In this document: piece by piece, positions 51,556 to 60,412 of the stretch
Numbering within the stretch: the first letter of the stretch is position 1
Layout: each line of letters starts with the position of its first letter
Assembly (NCBI GenBank): GCA_963811165.1
Contig: CAWEQH010000004.1
Location: 544,001-608,000, forward strand
Length of the DNA stretch: 64,000 nucleotides
Reading direction: 5' to 3'
DNA from: an uncultured Nitrospiraceae bacterium
GTDB lineage: Bacteria; Nitrospirota; Thermodesulfovibrionia; Thermodesulfovibrionales; UBA6898
The notes under the pieces: generated by a model
Databases searched by the model: none
Told to the model about the DNA's origin: nothing
Seen by the model: the letters and a program-made list of their open reading frames with translations, nothing else
Program-made: the position numbers and the translations under genes

Positions 51556-52752
51556 CTGACAGGGCTAAGAGACATAACAGACGCGGCAGCAAGGGTAGGC
51601 ACTTTTATCCATAAAACACCTTTGGTCTATTCGAGCTCGTTTAGCAGGATGACAGGCGCCGAGGTCTTTCTTAAGGCCGAGAACCTGCAGAAAACCGGCT
51701 CATTTAAGGTCAGAGGCGCCTTCAACAAAATCATGGAGGTTCGTGGGGACAAGGTGATCGCTGCTTCGATGGGCAACCATGCCCAGGGGGTCGCCTTCGC
51801 GGCCGCGAGGCTTGGCAAAAAGGCAAAAATCGTGATGCCCGTCACGGCCGCCATAGTGAAACAGGAAGCGACAAGGGGCTATGGCGCCGAGGTAATACTT
51901 TTCGGCGATAGTTTTGGCGAGGCGCTGGATTACGCACTTTCCCATAAAGACCATGAGTTCATACATGCCTTTGACGACGACGCGATCATCGCCGGTCAGG
52001 GGACTGTCGGTCTGGAGATAGCAGAGGACGTCCGGGACGTCGACTATGTCTTGGCGCCGGTCGGAGGGGGAGGCCTTGTTTCAGGGATCGCAGTAGCGCT
52101 CAAATCACTGTCTGCGGGATCGAAAATTATAGGTGTTCAAACAGCGGCCGCCCCTTCGGCATATGTCTCCTTCAGAGACAATACGATCTCTGAACGCACT
52201 CCTCATGCGACAATAGCAGACGGCATCGCAGTGGGAAGGGTGGGCGAGAGGCCATTTGAGATTATCAGCAAATATGTGGACGATATGCTCCTGGTTGAAG
52301 AGGATGACGTCGCGATGTCCATCCTCTTGTTTTTAGAGCGGAAGAAACTTGTGGTCGAGGGCGCGGGCGCCGTGGCGCTGGCCGCGCTGTTTACGAATAA
52401 AAAAATGTTTGAGGGCAAGAAGGTAGTGCTCGTTGTCAGCGGGGGGAATATCGACTTCACGCTAATCGACAGGATAATACACAAGGGCCTTGTGAGTAGC
52501 GGGCGGATAGGGGTGTTTGAGGTAACGGTCGACGATGTCCCCGGCAGACTCCAATCGCTCGCCGGAATCATAGCCGGCCGCAGGGGGAATATCCTGAACG
52601 TCGTGCATGACAGGTTGTCTGCCGACCTGCCGGTAGTCAAAACAAGGGTAATATTTACCGTCGAGACAAAAGGGAGAGACCATCTTGAGGAGATCCTTTC
52701 CGCCCTGCAGGAAAAAGGGTTCGAACTGAGAAAAAGGGAGGGTGTCTCATAA
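51556..52752 (+). CDS. ilvA: Threonine ammonia-lyase with C-terminal ACT domain; probable CTG start
   Basis: KAENLQKTGSFKVRGA, SMGNHAQG, VGGGGL, SGGNID; GGAGG-N5-CTG at 51556 gives N-terminus (M)TGLRDITDAAARV..HKTP. Confidence 0.92.
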   Translation: MTGLRDITDAAARVGTFIHKTPLVYSSSFSRMTGAEVFLKAENLQKTGSFKVRGAFNKIMEVRGDKVIAASMGNHAQGVAFAAARLGKKAKIVMPVTAAIVKQEATRGYGAEVILFGDSFGEALDYALSHKDHEFIHAFDDDAIIAGQGTVGLEIAEDVRDVDYVLAPVGGGGLVSGIAVALKSLSAGSKIIGVQTAAAPSAYVSFRDNTISERTPHATIADGIAVGRVGERPFEIISKYVDDMLLVEEDDVAMSILLFLERKKLVVEGAGAVALAALFTNKKMFEGKKVVLVVSGGNIDFTLIDRIIHKGLVSSGRIGVFEVTVDDVPGRLQSLAGIIAGRRGNILNVVHDRLSADLPVVKTRVIFTVETKGRDHLEEILSALQEKGFELRKREGVS

Positions 52753-54138
52753 CCAGTGAGCAAGTAAGTGGAAAATCCATTCCCTGATCCTGGGGAACAA
52801 AGGTCTTTTCCTCCACTCTTCCCACTGGATCTGATTGGATTCCTGAAGGTCTCCGACGAACATCTTCTCCATTTCTTCGGCGAAATGCCGACTCAAAATT
52901 ACCGCGTTCACCTCATCGTTGTTTAAGAAACTCCAGAAGTCCATATTAGTGGACCCCACCGTCGACCACACACCGTCGATTACTCCGGTTTTGGCGTGCA
53001 GCACTGCATTGCGTCTCTCATAGAGGTTTACCCCCGATTTCAAAAGGTCAGAGTAGTAGTATTTGCCCGCATAAAACGCGATCGGGGAATCACTTATGCT
53101 GGGAAGGACAATCTTTACGTCTACGCCGCGTTTGGCGGCATCGGTCAGGGCCCGCACAAGCTGCTTGTCGGGGATAAAATAGGAGTTCGTGAGGTGAACG
53201 GCATTCTCCGCGAAGGTCACGGCTGAAACATACATGATGAAGGTGATCCTGTTCATCTGCCCCGGGGTGCTGTCGATTACCTGCACCAGGTCATGTCCCG
53301 CTTCCTTAAGTTCAGGGAAGTAATTTCTTTCAGGAAGTTTCGGACCTTTTTGGTTCTGCCAGCTTCGGAGAAATATTCTTTGATACTCCGCGACTGCAGG
53401 GCCTTCAATATACACATCTGTGTCACGCCAGGGGATCTGTTGCCCTTTTTCCTGCTCGCTGCCCGAAAGCCCGCCGGAATATACCTCGCTGATATTGACC
53501 CCGCCCGTAACAGCGACTTTACCGTCGACGATCAGTATCTTTCGGTGATCGCGATTTATCAGACGCCATCTTCCATGGGCCTTCATCGGATTTATGGGGT
53601 TGAATTCGAGGACCTGGATCCCGGCCTCCCTCATGCGCTGGAAAAAAGCCTGCGGCGTACTGATACTTCCCACGCTGTCATACATGAGATTGACCTGAAC
53701 GCCCTCCGACTGTTTTTTCAGCAGGAGGTCTGCGAATTTGCGCCCGGTTTCATCGTCTTCAATAATGAATGTTTCGAGATTGATATGGTCTTTGGCGGCA
53801 TCCACTGCGCCGAACATGGCGGCATAAGTGGCCGGGCCGTCAATGAGAAGACTTACTTTGTTTCCTTTGACCAGGGGGGTGCCGCTTACGGATTCTATTA
53901 CCGCGATGTGATGATCGAGAAGGTCCGTAGGTCCGACGGATTTTTTCAGCCGTTCTATGAGGACCTTGCTTTGCTTCGGAGAGAGAAATCCTCTGGCCGA
54001 AAGGATCTGGGGCTGATCTTCGGTATCAGGGGCACCTTTAATTACTTCGGAAACCCTGGGGAGGCTTGCACAGCCGGTGAAGGAAAAAAGAGAAATCGAT
54101 AAAAGAAATAAAAAAAAGAGGATCCTGAAACTTTTCAT
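52747..54138 (-). CDS. cls: Cardiolipin synthase / phospholipase D family (possible lipoprotein)
   Basis: Two HKD motifs (DHRKILIVD, LHAKTGVID); FTGC lipobox-like. Confidence 0.88.
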   Translation of the reverse strand: MKSFRILFFLFLLSISLFSFTGCASLPRVSEVIKGAPDTEDQPQILSARGFLSPKQSKVLIERLKKSVGPTDLLDHHIAVIESVSGTPLVKGNKVSLLIDGPATYAAMFGAVDAAKDHINLETFIIEDDETGRKFADLLLKKQSEGVQVNLMYDSVGSISTPQAFFQRMREAGIQVLEFNPINPMKAHGRWRLINRDHRKILIVDGKVAVTGGVNISEVYSGGLSGSEQEKGQQIPWRDTDVYIEGPAVAEYQRIFLRSWQNQKGPKLPERNYFPELKEAGHDLVQVIDSTPGQMNRITFIMYVSAVTFAENAVHLTNSYFIPDKQLVRALTDAAKRGVDVKIVLPSISDSPIAFYAGKYYYSDLLKSGVNLYERRNAVLHAKTGVIDGVWSTVGSTNMDFWSFLNNDEVNAVILSRHFAEEMEKMFVGDLQESNQIQWEEWRKRPLFPRIREWIFHLLAHWL

Positions 54139-54446
54139 AGTTCTTCGAGTAAAGGATTTCGACATCACAATTCATATCGCCCTGGGATTAAAATTACCAG
54201 GGGCGAAGCCCCTTTATGATTCCGAGCAAAACCATGACGACTCCCCCCTGAACAAGCGCTCCATATTCCACTAAAATACCTTCGTCCTACTCCATATCTT
54301 ATTATCTATCACAGCGCCGACCCTAAAGCAAATTGCGGTAAGCGGGTGACACTGGCAAGCCGGGAATGTTGACAATAACACTGGATGTGTTAGGCTTTAC
54401 TAAGCGCTGTTAAACGGCGGCACCTTACGAAAAGGAGGAGACGGAT

Positions 54447-55037
54447 ATGCCTTACGCAGCTAAAGATTACGGTAAATTAATCGGGATGAGCGGGTTTAGT
54501 GAAACACTCCTGAAGAACCATTTTACCTTGTACCAGGGGTATGTGACGAATACAAACAAGGTGCTCGATGTCCTTGGCCAGATGCTCAAAGACGCAAAGA
54601 CGGGGACCCCGGAGTATGCCGAACTCAAGAGGAGATGTGGCTGGGAATTCAACGGAATGAGGCTCCATGAGTACTACTTCGAAAACCTCGGCGGAAAGAC
54701 CCCCCTCGACAAGTACGGCGCCCTGGGCAAGCAGATGCAGTGCGACTTCGGCAGTGTTGAGGAATGGGAGAAGGACTTTAGGGCCACGGGGGCGATGAGG
54801 GGCATCGGTTGGGCGGTGCTGTATCAGGACAACCTAAGCCAAAGGCTTTTCAACTTCTGGATAAACGAGCATGATGCCGGACATCCGGCCGGGTGCGTGC
54901 CGGTACTGATTATGGATGTGTTCGAGCATGCATTCATGATCGATTACGGACTAAAGAGGGCCGATTATATCGAGTCCTTTTTCAAAAATATCGATTGGAA
55001 GGCCGCCGAATCAAGGATGCTCAATAAGGTGGGTTGA
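54447..55037 (+). CDS. Fe/Mn superoxide dismutase family protein
   Basis: NHFTLYQGYV, LHEYYF, GIGWA, MDVFEHAF; AGGAGG RBS; TTGACA at 54369. Confidence 0.9.
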   Translation: MPYAAKDYGKLIGMSGFSETLLKNHFTLYQGYVTNTNKVLDVLGQMLKDAKTGTPEYAELKRRCGWEFNGMRLHEYYFENLGGKTPLDKYGALGKQMQCDFGSVEEWEKDFRATGAMRGIGWAVLYQDNLSQRLFNFWINEHDAGHPAGCVPVLIMDVFEHAFMIDYGLKRADYIESFFKNIDWKAAESRMLNKVG

Positions 55038-55049
55038 TGCCGACCTGAC

Positions 55050-55083
55050 AAAAAAACCCTGATCCCTTCGAAAAGGGATCAGG
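55050..55083 (-). terminator. Rho-independent terminator of the rSAM-peptide transcript (likely also stops the convergent SOD transcript)
   Basis: ccctgatccctt-cgaa-aagggatcaggg stem with A-run on plus, i.e. U-tract on minus. Confidence 0.85.
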
Positions 55084-55108
55084 GGCATTATCGCGGGGTC
55101 TTACTCTT

Positions 55109-55171
55109 CTAGCAGGAACTTTTGCACTTACAGGTGAGAGCGGACTTTTTCTGGACCTTCCTGATCGTCAT
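55109..55171 (-). CDS. Putative RiPP precursor peptide MTIRKVQKKSALTCKCKSSC (20 aa, not in ORF track)
   Basis: GAAAGGTGGTG RBS 5 nt before ATG; C-terminal CxCxxxC; 33 nt downstream of the rSAM stop. Confidence 0.75.
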   Translation of the reverse strand: MTIRKVQKKSALTCKCKSSC

Positions 55172-55204
55172 ACATACACCACCTTTCATACAGGAATCCC
55201 GGCC

Positions 55205-56356
55205 TCATGCAGGACCGTCATACTGATCCATTATATCATACATGGCGCATCTGTAAAGGTCCCTTCCGAGCGGACCTTCAAGGGCCTCGGCCCTGTATCT
55301 GCATCCGCCCCGGCAGTGCTCAAGATGCGTGCAGTCGCATCTGAGGGCGGCGAGCCTGACGGGCGCTATCCTTTGCCAGCACGCTGCGAGTCCGTCGGCG
55401 ACGCTGCCGGCAGGGCTATCGGAATAGAAGGTGCATTTTGAAGCCGCCCCTTTTGCGGATACGGACATTAAGTGCAGACCGCATGCAAAACCGGGTTCTC
55501 CTGCATGGATCCCGCTGCCGTACCCATAAGCGAGGTACCTCCCGCCCTCCCGGGGGCTTACCATGAGCTCCCTATTGCGTTTCATTCTCCCTTCCGCGCA
55601 CGGCACGTCGACGGTCCAGTCCTTGACCCCCATTTCTCTGAAGAGTTTTTCCATGGCATCGAAATCATTCAGATTTGCGCAGTGGACCATAGTGGAGACT
55701 GAGACAGCGAATCCTTTCGCGAGGCAGTTTCTCGCCGCGTCGAGGGAGGCATGAAAGGTCCCTTTCCCACGCAACAGGTCGTGTGGGCCTTCAAGACCGT
55801 CTATGCTTATCTGTATTTCATTGACATTGAGTCCTTCGATGATCTCCCCTTTCAGCAAGGTGCCGTTTGTAAACAGGACCTTTCTGAATGAAAATGCCGG
55901 GAGCATCTCGTTGATCTCGGCAAAGCGGCTGTGCAAAAGCGGTTCTCCTCCGGTAATAAGCAGTCTCAGACCCTGCATTTCCTCAAACTCTTGCAGGACC
56001 TTTTTTATCTCATGCACGGAGAGTTCAGCCTTCCCGTTTTCTTCGATATAGCAATGTCTGCATCTCAAATTGCACCTTCCCGTGATCTGCAGTTCCAGAT
56101 ACCGAAGTGATGGGCGGGGGGACTTCATAAGGGGAGGTCTCATGAGCGGCATTCTTTCGGTCAATAAAATGCCTTCCCCGAGGCAGTAGTCTGTAAAATC
56201 CCGGCTATCGGAACATCCGCCGTGTTCGGAAGAACATCCTTTAAGGAATTCAAAGGATTCTTCGTCCAGATCATAAAGCTCGTCTGTCCCGATATGATAA
56301 ACCGAAGGCGTTTCGAGCCATTTGAGCGCGCATGCATTCGATAAGAAAAAACGCAT
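55205..56356 (-). CDS. Radical SAM/SPASM-domain protein with an N-terminal extension (putative peptide maturase)
   Basis: CNLRCRHC, ITGGEP, FTNG, ISIDG; C-terminal C..C..CDCTHLEHCRGGC..C auxiliary cluster ligands; ~80-aa N-terminal domain. Confidence 0.9.
   Translation of the reverse strand: MRFFLSNACALKWLETPSVYHIGTDELYDLDEESFEFLKGCSSEHGGCSDSRDFTDYCLGEGILLTERMPLMRPPLMKSPRPSLRYLELQITGRCNLRCRHCYIEENGKAELSVHEIKKVLQEFEEMQGLRLLITGGEPLLHSRFAEINEMLPAFSFRKVLFTNGTLLKGEIIEGLNVNEIQISIDGLEGPHDLLRGKGTFHASLDAARNCLAKGFAVSVSTMVHCANLNDFDAMEKLFREMGVKDWTVDVPCAEGRMKRNRELMVSPREGGRYLAYGYGSGIHAGEPGFACGLHLMSVSAKGAASKCTFYSDSPAGSVADGLAACWQRIAPVRLAALRCDCTHLEHCRGGCRYRAEALEGPLGRDLYRCAMYDIMDQYDGPA
55230..55238 (-). promoter_or_regulatory. 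Putative internal extended -10 promoter for the peptide gene
   Basis: TGATATAAT on minus strand within the last codons of the rSAM gene. Confidence 0.55.
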
Positions 56357-56640
56357 TTCTTATTTTACTGCGGATCGGTATCTAAAGCCAACAGCCGATA
56401 GAACTGTGGGCAGATGATAATTAAGCGGGCAGGCCTTTGGGGATCGGGGATAGGCCTGCCCTTTGGGGATCGAAGGTAAGTTTTCAAAATGGGGATCATT
56501 TGGAGGGTACTTACCTTCATAAATATCATACCACGACTAGCCGGCTGTCCGCCAGTGGAATGTGCATGTCCGATAAAATATCCAGGATAACGGCGTCGAA
56601 TAATTTTGCCCTGGAGTGGTTATTGGAGATAATATAAACA

Positions 56641-56970
56641 ATGACGCTTATACGACAACTTTGCCTTCAATTCTGTCCCTACTACAAATCCTCAAAAAAT
56701 GAGGAGCTTGCCTGTGGCGGGTTTGTTGAGGTGCAGTCGCTATTAGAGAAGGGCAGGCGGATCTCATTTGATATGCGTGGCAGGGCGGTCGGACCGGAGA
56801 CTGTCAGGGCGCTTATGCGGAAAGTGTGCACGGCCTGCCCGTTTTACGGGGAGGATTGCGACTTTATCCTGAAGGGTGGAGCGGCCTCGCCGTGCGGCGG
56901 CTTTTTGTTGCTGGGACAGCTTGTGGATGAAGGGACAATATCTGTTGACGACGTAGGGGAGATGGACTAA
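56641..56970 (+). CDS. Cys-rich hypothetical protein (putative metal/Fe-S binding)
   Basis: CLQFCPYYK, LACGG, CTACPF..DCDF, SPCGG; 7 Cys. Confidence 0.7.
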   Translation: MTLIRQLCLQFCPYYKSSKNEELACGGFVEVQSLLEKGRRISFDMRGRAVGPETVRALMRKVCTACPFYGEDCDFILKGGAASPCGGFLLLGQLVDEGTISVDDVGEMD

Positions 56971-57011
56971 GCTTTACGTATATTTATTCGGAATCTTATA
57001 CGGGGGGAACC

Positions 57012-57482
57012 ATGGAAAAATTTTCACTTCGCGAGGCGATCGAACAGGCGGTACAGACGGAAAGATTGGGGTTTGAGTTTTACCGTGAGATGGCGAAACG
57101 GTTTAGTGATAAGCAGCAGATGAGGGATTTGTGCGAGACGCTTGCGCGGAAAGAGCTCGATCATGAGAAAAGGTTTTCGCAACTCATGGGGGCGGTGAAG
57201 GATGGAGGGGAAGAGGATTGGGATGAGGTCTCGAAATATTTGAGGGCGATCGTGGAGTCCGAGTTTTTCCTGGGCAAGGGGAAATCACTGCCTTCACTCG
57301 ACAAAGTAAAGACGGTTGCCGATGCGGTCAGGTTTGCGATCGGTTTTGAGAAGGAGACGCTGCTTTATTTCTATGGGATAAGGGATGTGCTCAAGGAAAA
57401 AGACGTTGTCTCTGAGATCATCGCCGAAGAAAAGAGCCACATACTTTGGCTTAGCGGATTCGCCCCCGGCACGAAACAATAG
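57012..57482 (+). CDS. Ferritin-like (rubrerythrin-domain) protein
   Basis: E..G.EFY, ELDH, EKETLLYF, EEKSH diiron ligands. Confidence 0.88.
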   Translation: MEKFSLREAIEQAVQTERLGFEFYREMAKRFSDKQQMRDLCETLARKELDHEKRFSQLMGAVKDGGEEDWDEVSKYLRAIVESEFFLGKGKSLPSLDKVKTVADAVRFAIGFEKETLLYFYGIRDVLKEKDVVSEIIAEEKSHILWLSGFAPGTKQ

Positions 57483-57904
57483 TGCGGCAGTTGATAGGGT
57501 ATTTGAGGCTCTTACATGGTGCTTTCAATCTCTTTGTCATGATGTTTTTTATCTACCAGGGACGCGCGGGGCTGAGGATAAGAAAGGAAAGGGACAAAGG
57601 CATCGTTACGCCTTCTCTTATTAAAAAGCACCGAACGACCGGTCCTGTTCTGGCGGTATTGGGGCTTTTAGGGTTCATTTCGGGGATCGTAATAGTCTTG
57701 TTCCATTTCGCCACCGTGGTGAAGTATCCCCTCCACCTTGCGGTTGGATCGGCGTTGGCACTTTGTATTGCCGCAACTTACCGGATATCCAGGGGAATAA
57801 AGGTCCACGAGCCTCAGTGGAGGACATTGCATTTTGCTTTTGGCCTGGGTGTCTTGAACCTGTACGCTGCTCAGGTCTTTCTTGGATTTGGGATCCTTTT
57901 TTGA
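57482..57904 (+). CDS. Four-TM His-containing membrane protein (DUF4079 / cytochrome b561-like)
   Basis: Four TM helices with His (LHG, KHR, LHL, LHF); start overlaps the upstream stop. Confidence 0.65.
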   Translation: MRQLIGYLRLLHGAFNLFVMMFFIYQGRAGLRIRKERDKGIVTPSLIKKHRTTGPVLAVLGLLGFISGIVIVLFHFATVVKYPLHLAVGSALALCIAATYRISRGIKVHEPQWRTLHFAFGLGVLNLYAAQVFLGFGILF

Positions 57905-58027
57905 GGCGGCGGCAGACCGCAGGACCACAGGAAGTATCTTGCCTTTGGCAGTGGTTTAACTGATGACCGCCACTACCTTGCCGTTCCTTTACAAAGGGGA
58001 GGAGTTGTTGTATTATATTCTGTTTTG

Positions 58028-58120
58028 GGAGAGGTGGCCGAGTCGGTCGAAGGCAGCCGCCTGCTAAGCGGTTGTGGGGGTAAAACTTCACCCAGGGTTC
58101 GAATCCCTGCCTCTCCGCCA
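58028..58120 (+). tRNA. tRNA-Ser(GCT)
   Basis: GGAGAGG acceptor, ctGCTaa anticodon loop, long variable arm, GGTTCGAATCC, CCA end. Confidence 0.96.
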
Positions 58121-58201
58121 TTTGGCAGTTATTGATGTGTGACGATAGTTGTGAAGTGAAGGTCCGAAAGATAGGTTTATTTTAAGATAAGGAGGTTAAT
58201 T

Positions 58202-58822
58202 ATGAAGAAAGTCCTAATTGTAGTCTGCAGTCTTTCGTTGCTTTTGGCAGCAGGGGCCTGCAAGAAAAAGGAGCAGACGGTTCCGCAGCCGTCTATGCCC
58301 GGACCCCAGCAGCAGCTTCCGCCCGGTCATCCGGGGATGGCGCCTGGCGGACCTGTTGCGCCTGCCGCGCCTGGTGTACCCGGTGCCCCTGCTGGCGTAC
58401 CTGGAACAGCCGGGGTGCCCGGCAACATAGTGATGCCGAAAGGTGAAACGATGGTCAACATTCCCGATGCGGTAAAGGGAAAATGGAAGGCCGTAATCCT
58501 GATAGTCGAAGACAAGGCAAGCAAGAAGTCATCGGAATATACGATAAAACTTAACAGCGATTTCAAGATCCCGAATTCGAATCTTAAGATTACTGTTGGA
58601 GATTTCCTGCCTGATTTCAGGATGAACGGACTTGAGATCACGTCGATGTCTAATGATCCCAACAACCCTGCGGTCGGGATTAAGGTCTTTGAGGGCGGCA
58701 AAGAGATATTCCCCGCGCCCGGGAAGAAGTGGGGATGGCTATATGCCAAGTTCCCCACAATGCATCCCTTCGAGCATGCAAAGTACGGGATTTCATTGAA
58801 AGAGGGAATAAAGAAAGGCTAA
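58202..58822 (+). CDS. Lipoprotein with Pro-rich linker and DUF2155-like C-terminal domain
   Basis: AAGAC lipobox; PGAPAGVPG repeats; FLPDF..SNDPNNPA..GWLY..FP..HPFEH. Confidence 0.75.
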   Translation: MKKVLIVVCSLSLLLAAGACKKKEQTVPQPSMPGPQQQLPPGHPGMAPGGPVAPAAPGVPGAPAGVPGTAGVPGNIVMPKGETMVNIPDAVKGKWKAVILIVEDKASKKSSEYTIKLNSDFKIPNSNLKITVGDFLPDFRMNGLEITSMSNDPNNPAVGIKVFEGGKEIFPAPGKKWGWLYAKFPTMHPFEHAKYGISLKEGIKKG

Positions 58823-58836
58823 ATGTATTAAGGAGT

Positions 58837-58913
58837 GCGCCCTTAGCTCAGCTGGATAGAGCGTCGGACTACGAATCCGCAGGTCGGGGGTTCGACTCCC
58901 TCAGGGCGCGCCA
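58837..58913 (+). tRNA. tRNA-Arg(ACG)
   Basis: GCGCCCT/AGGGCGC acceptor, ctACGaa, GGTTCGACTCC, CCA end. Confidence 0.96.
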
Positions 58914-58946
58914 CCTTTTCTTGGCTTAGATAAAGGATTTACAAGG

Positions 58947-58976
58947 GGCTGTGAGCAAAACTCACAGCTTTTTTTT
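58947..58976 (+). terminator. Rho-independent terminator
   Basis: gctgtgag-caaaa-ctcacagc followed by T8. Confidence 0.85.
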
Positions 58977-59154
58977 GTGGGCTGATGCCACACTGTGAAA
59001 TTTCGTTTCAGAGTTTCCTTTATTGTCTTTTAGGGGGAGGAAATCTAAACGGACCAGCCATAGAATTTTGCCATAGGATTTCCGGTCGGAATCGATCTAT
59101 TACCTGTCGGAGAGGAGCTTTGCCGGGAAGCGCGGCAGCGGATCAGCGTGTGCA

Positions 59155-60126
59155 CTACCCCCGCCCCTTTACGGCAGGGAACAGGGTTTCGATGTCCAAT
59201 CGCGGAAGGACGGAAGAAAGTGCCTTCAGTATGCCGGGATCAAAGTCGGTTTGTGCCTGCTGCATCATCTTCCGTTGTACTTCTGAAGGCGATACGCCCT
59301 TCCCTGAAGAGGGACCGGACATAAGAGAATCGTACGCGTCCGCCGCTGCGATGATTCGCGCTCCGAGCGGAATTTCATCTCCCGCCAAATGGAATTCTCC
59401 GCTGCCGTCGAATTTCTCGCGGTTATACAAAATGGAAGGCAATACGTCGAGGATCTTCCCGCAGACCGGTTCTAACGCATCTGTACCGCGCGGCGTGCGA
59501 ATCCCGGCGTGGCAGTATTCCTCGCTCGTCATCTTGTCAATCTTCTTAAGGACTTCACTGCTGACGCCGAGTCTGCCGAGGTCGTGCAAGAGAGAGGCAA
59601 TCCGGATATTTTCTACCCAAACCTCCGACAGCCCCAACTCTCTCGCGATCATTCCCGAGATCACGGAAACCCTGTAAGAGTGGCTCTGGGTAGCCTTGTC
59701 GGCGGAATCTATGATAAGCGACATCATCTCGATAATCCCCTGGTAGGTCTTTTTGATTTCCTTGTTCGCCTTCTCTTTCTTTTCGTATAAATGGCCCATG
59801 AAATACCCCGTGATAATCAGGAAGCTTCCCCATGTGGCGATATTCAGCCATCTGAAAAAAGGTGTTTCCTTATCCGTAGTGAAGGTGGAAGGGTAATTGT
59901 AGGCAATCAGAGAGATAAGTATTATAGAAAATAGTGCGGATTGGGTAGCATAGCGCTTGCCGAAAAAATAAGCGCCGATTAAAACGGGAAGGTAAAAGAA
60001 ATTAAGAAAGGTCCACTGGTTGGAGACAAAAAAGAAGATAATCCCTGTGATGGAGACAAGAAAAAAAACTATGATGAGTTCCTTGTCGATCGTGAAATAT
60101 TTCGTTAGTTTTCTTTTGGAAAGCAT
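59155..60126 (-). CDS. Membrane-bound HD-GYP-like protein with degenerate motifs
   Basis: 4 TM; HSYRV, LLHDLG, DGSGEF, IPLGARIIAAADAYD. Confidence 0.82.
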   Translation of the reverse strand: MLSKRKLTKYFTIDKELIIVFFLVSITGIIFFFVSNQWTFLNFFYLPVLIGAYFFGKRYATQSALFSIILISLIAYNYPSTFTTDKETPFFRWLNIATWGSFLIITGYFMGHLYEKKEKANKEIKKTYQGIIEMMSLIIDSADKATQSHSYRVSVISGMIARELGLSEVWVENIRIASLLHDLGRLGVSSEVLKKIDKMTSEEYCHAGIRTPRGTDALEPVCGKILDVLPSILYNREKFDGSGEFHLAGDEIPLGARIIAAADAYDSLMSGPSSGKGVSPSEVQRKMMQQAQTDFDPGILKALSSVLPRLDIETLFPAVKGRG

Positions 60127-60412
60127 TTTCCCTTATGACGCCGGTCCTCTGCCGGCGGCCGGGTTACCAGGCAGAAATATTCGTGAGTTCATCTCGGGAC
60201 ATGTCCTTCATCTGACCACATTACGGGGAATGATAGCCTGCTCGGCAGAGAAAATTCCACTTTAGCTCCGCACCATAGCGGGTGGCCCCGATAGTGCGCG
60301 ACGTTTGTGTCTCTGCCGCAATGGGGAGGAAAAGACGCAATGACGTGCGAAGTGCAGGAGAGGGAGGTTGGGGAACGCGAGATTATGCCCCGATGTAGCG
60401 CGCGGTCCGACA

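Noticed and set aside
57675..58121. 148-aa minus-strand ORF MAERQGFEPW...
   Set aside because: Antisense read-through of tRNA-Ser, a common artefact.
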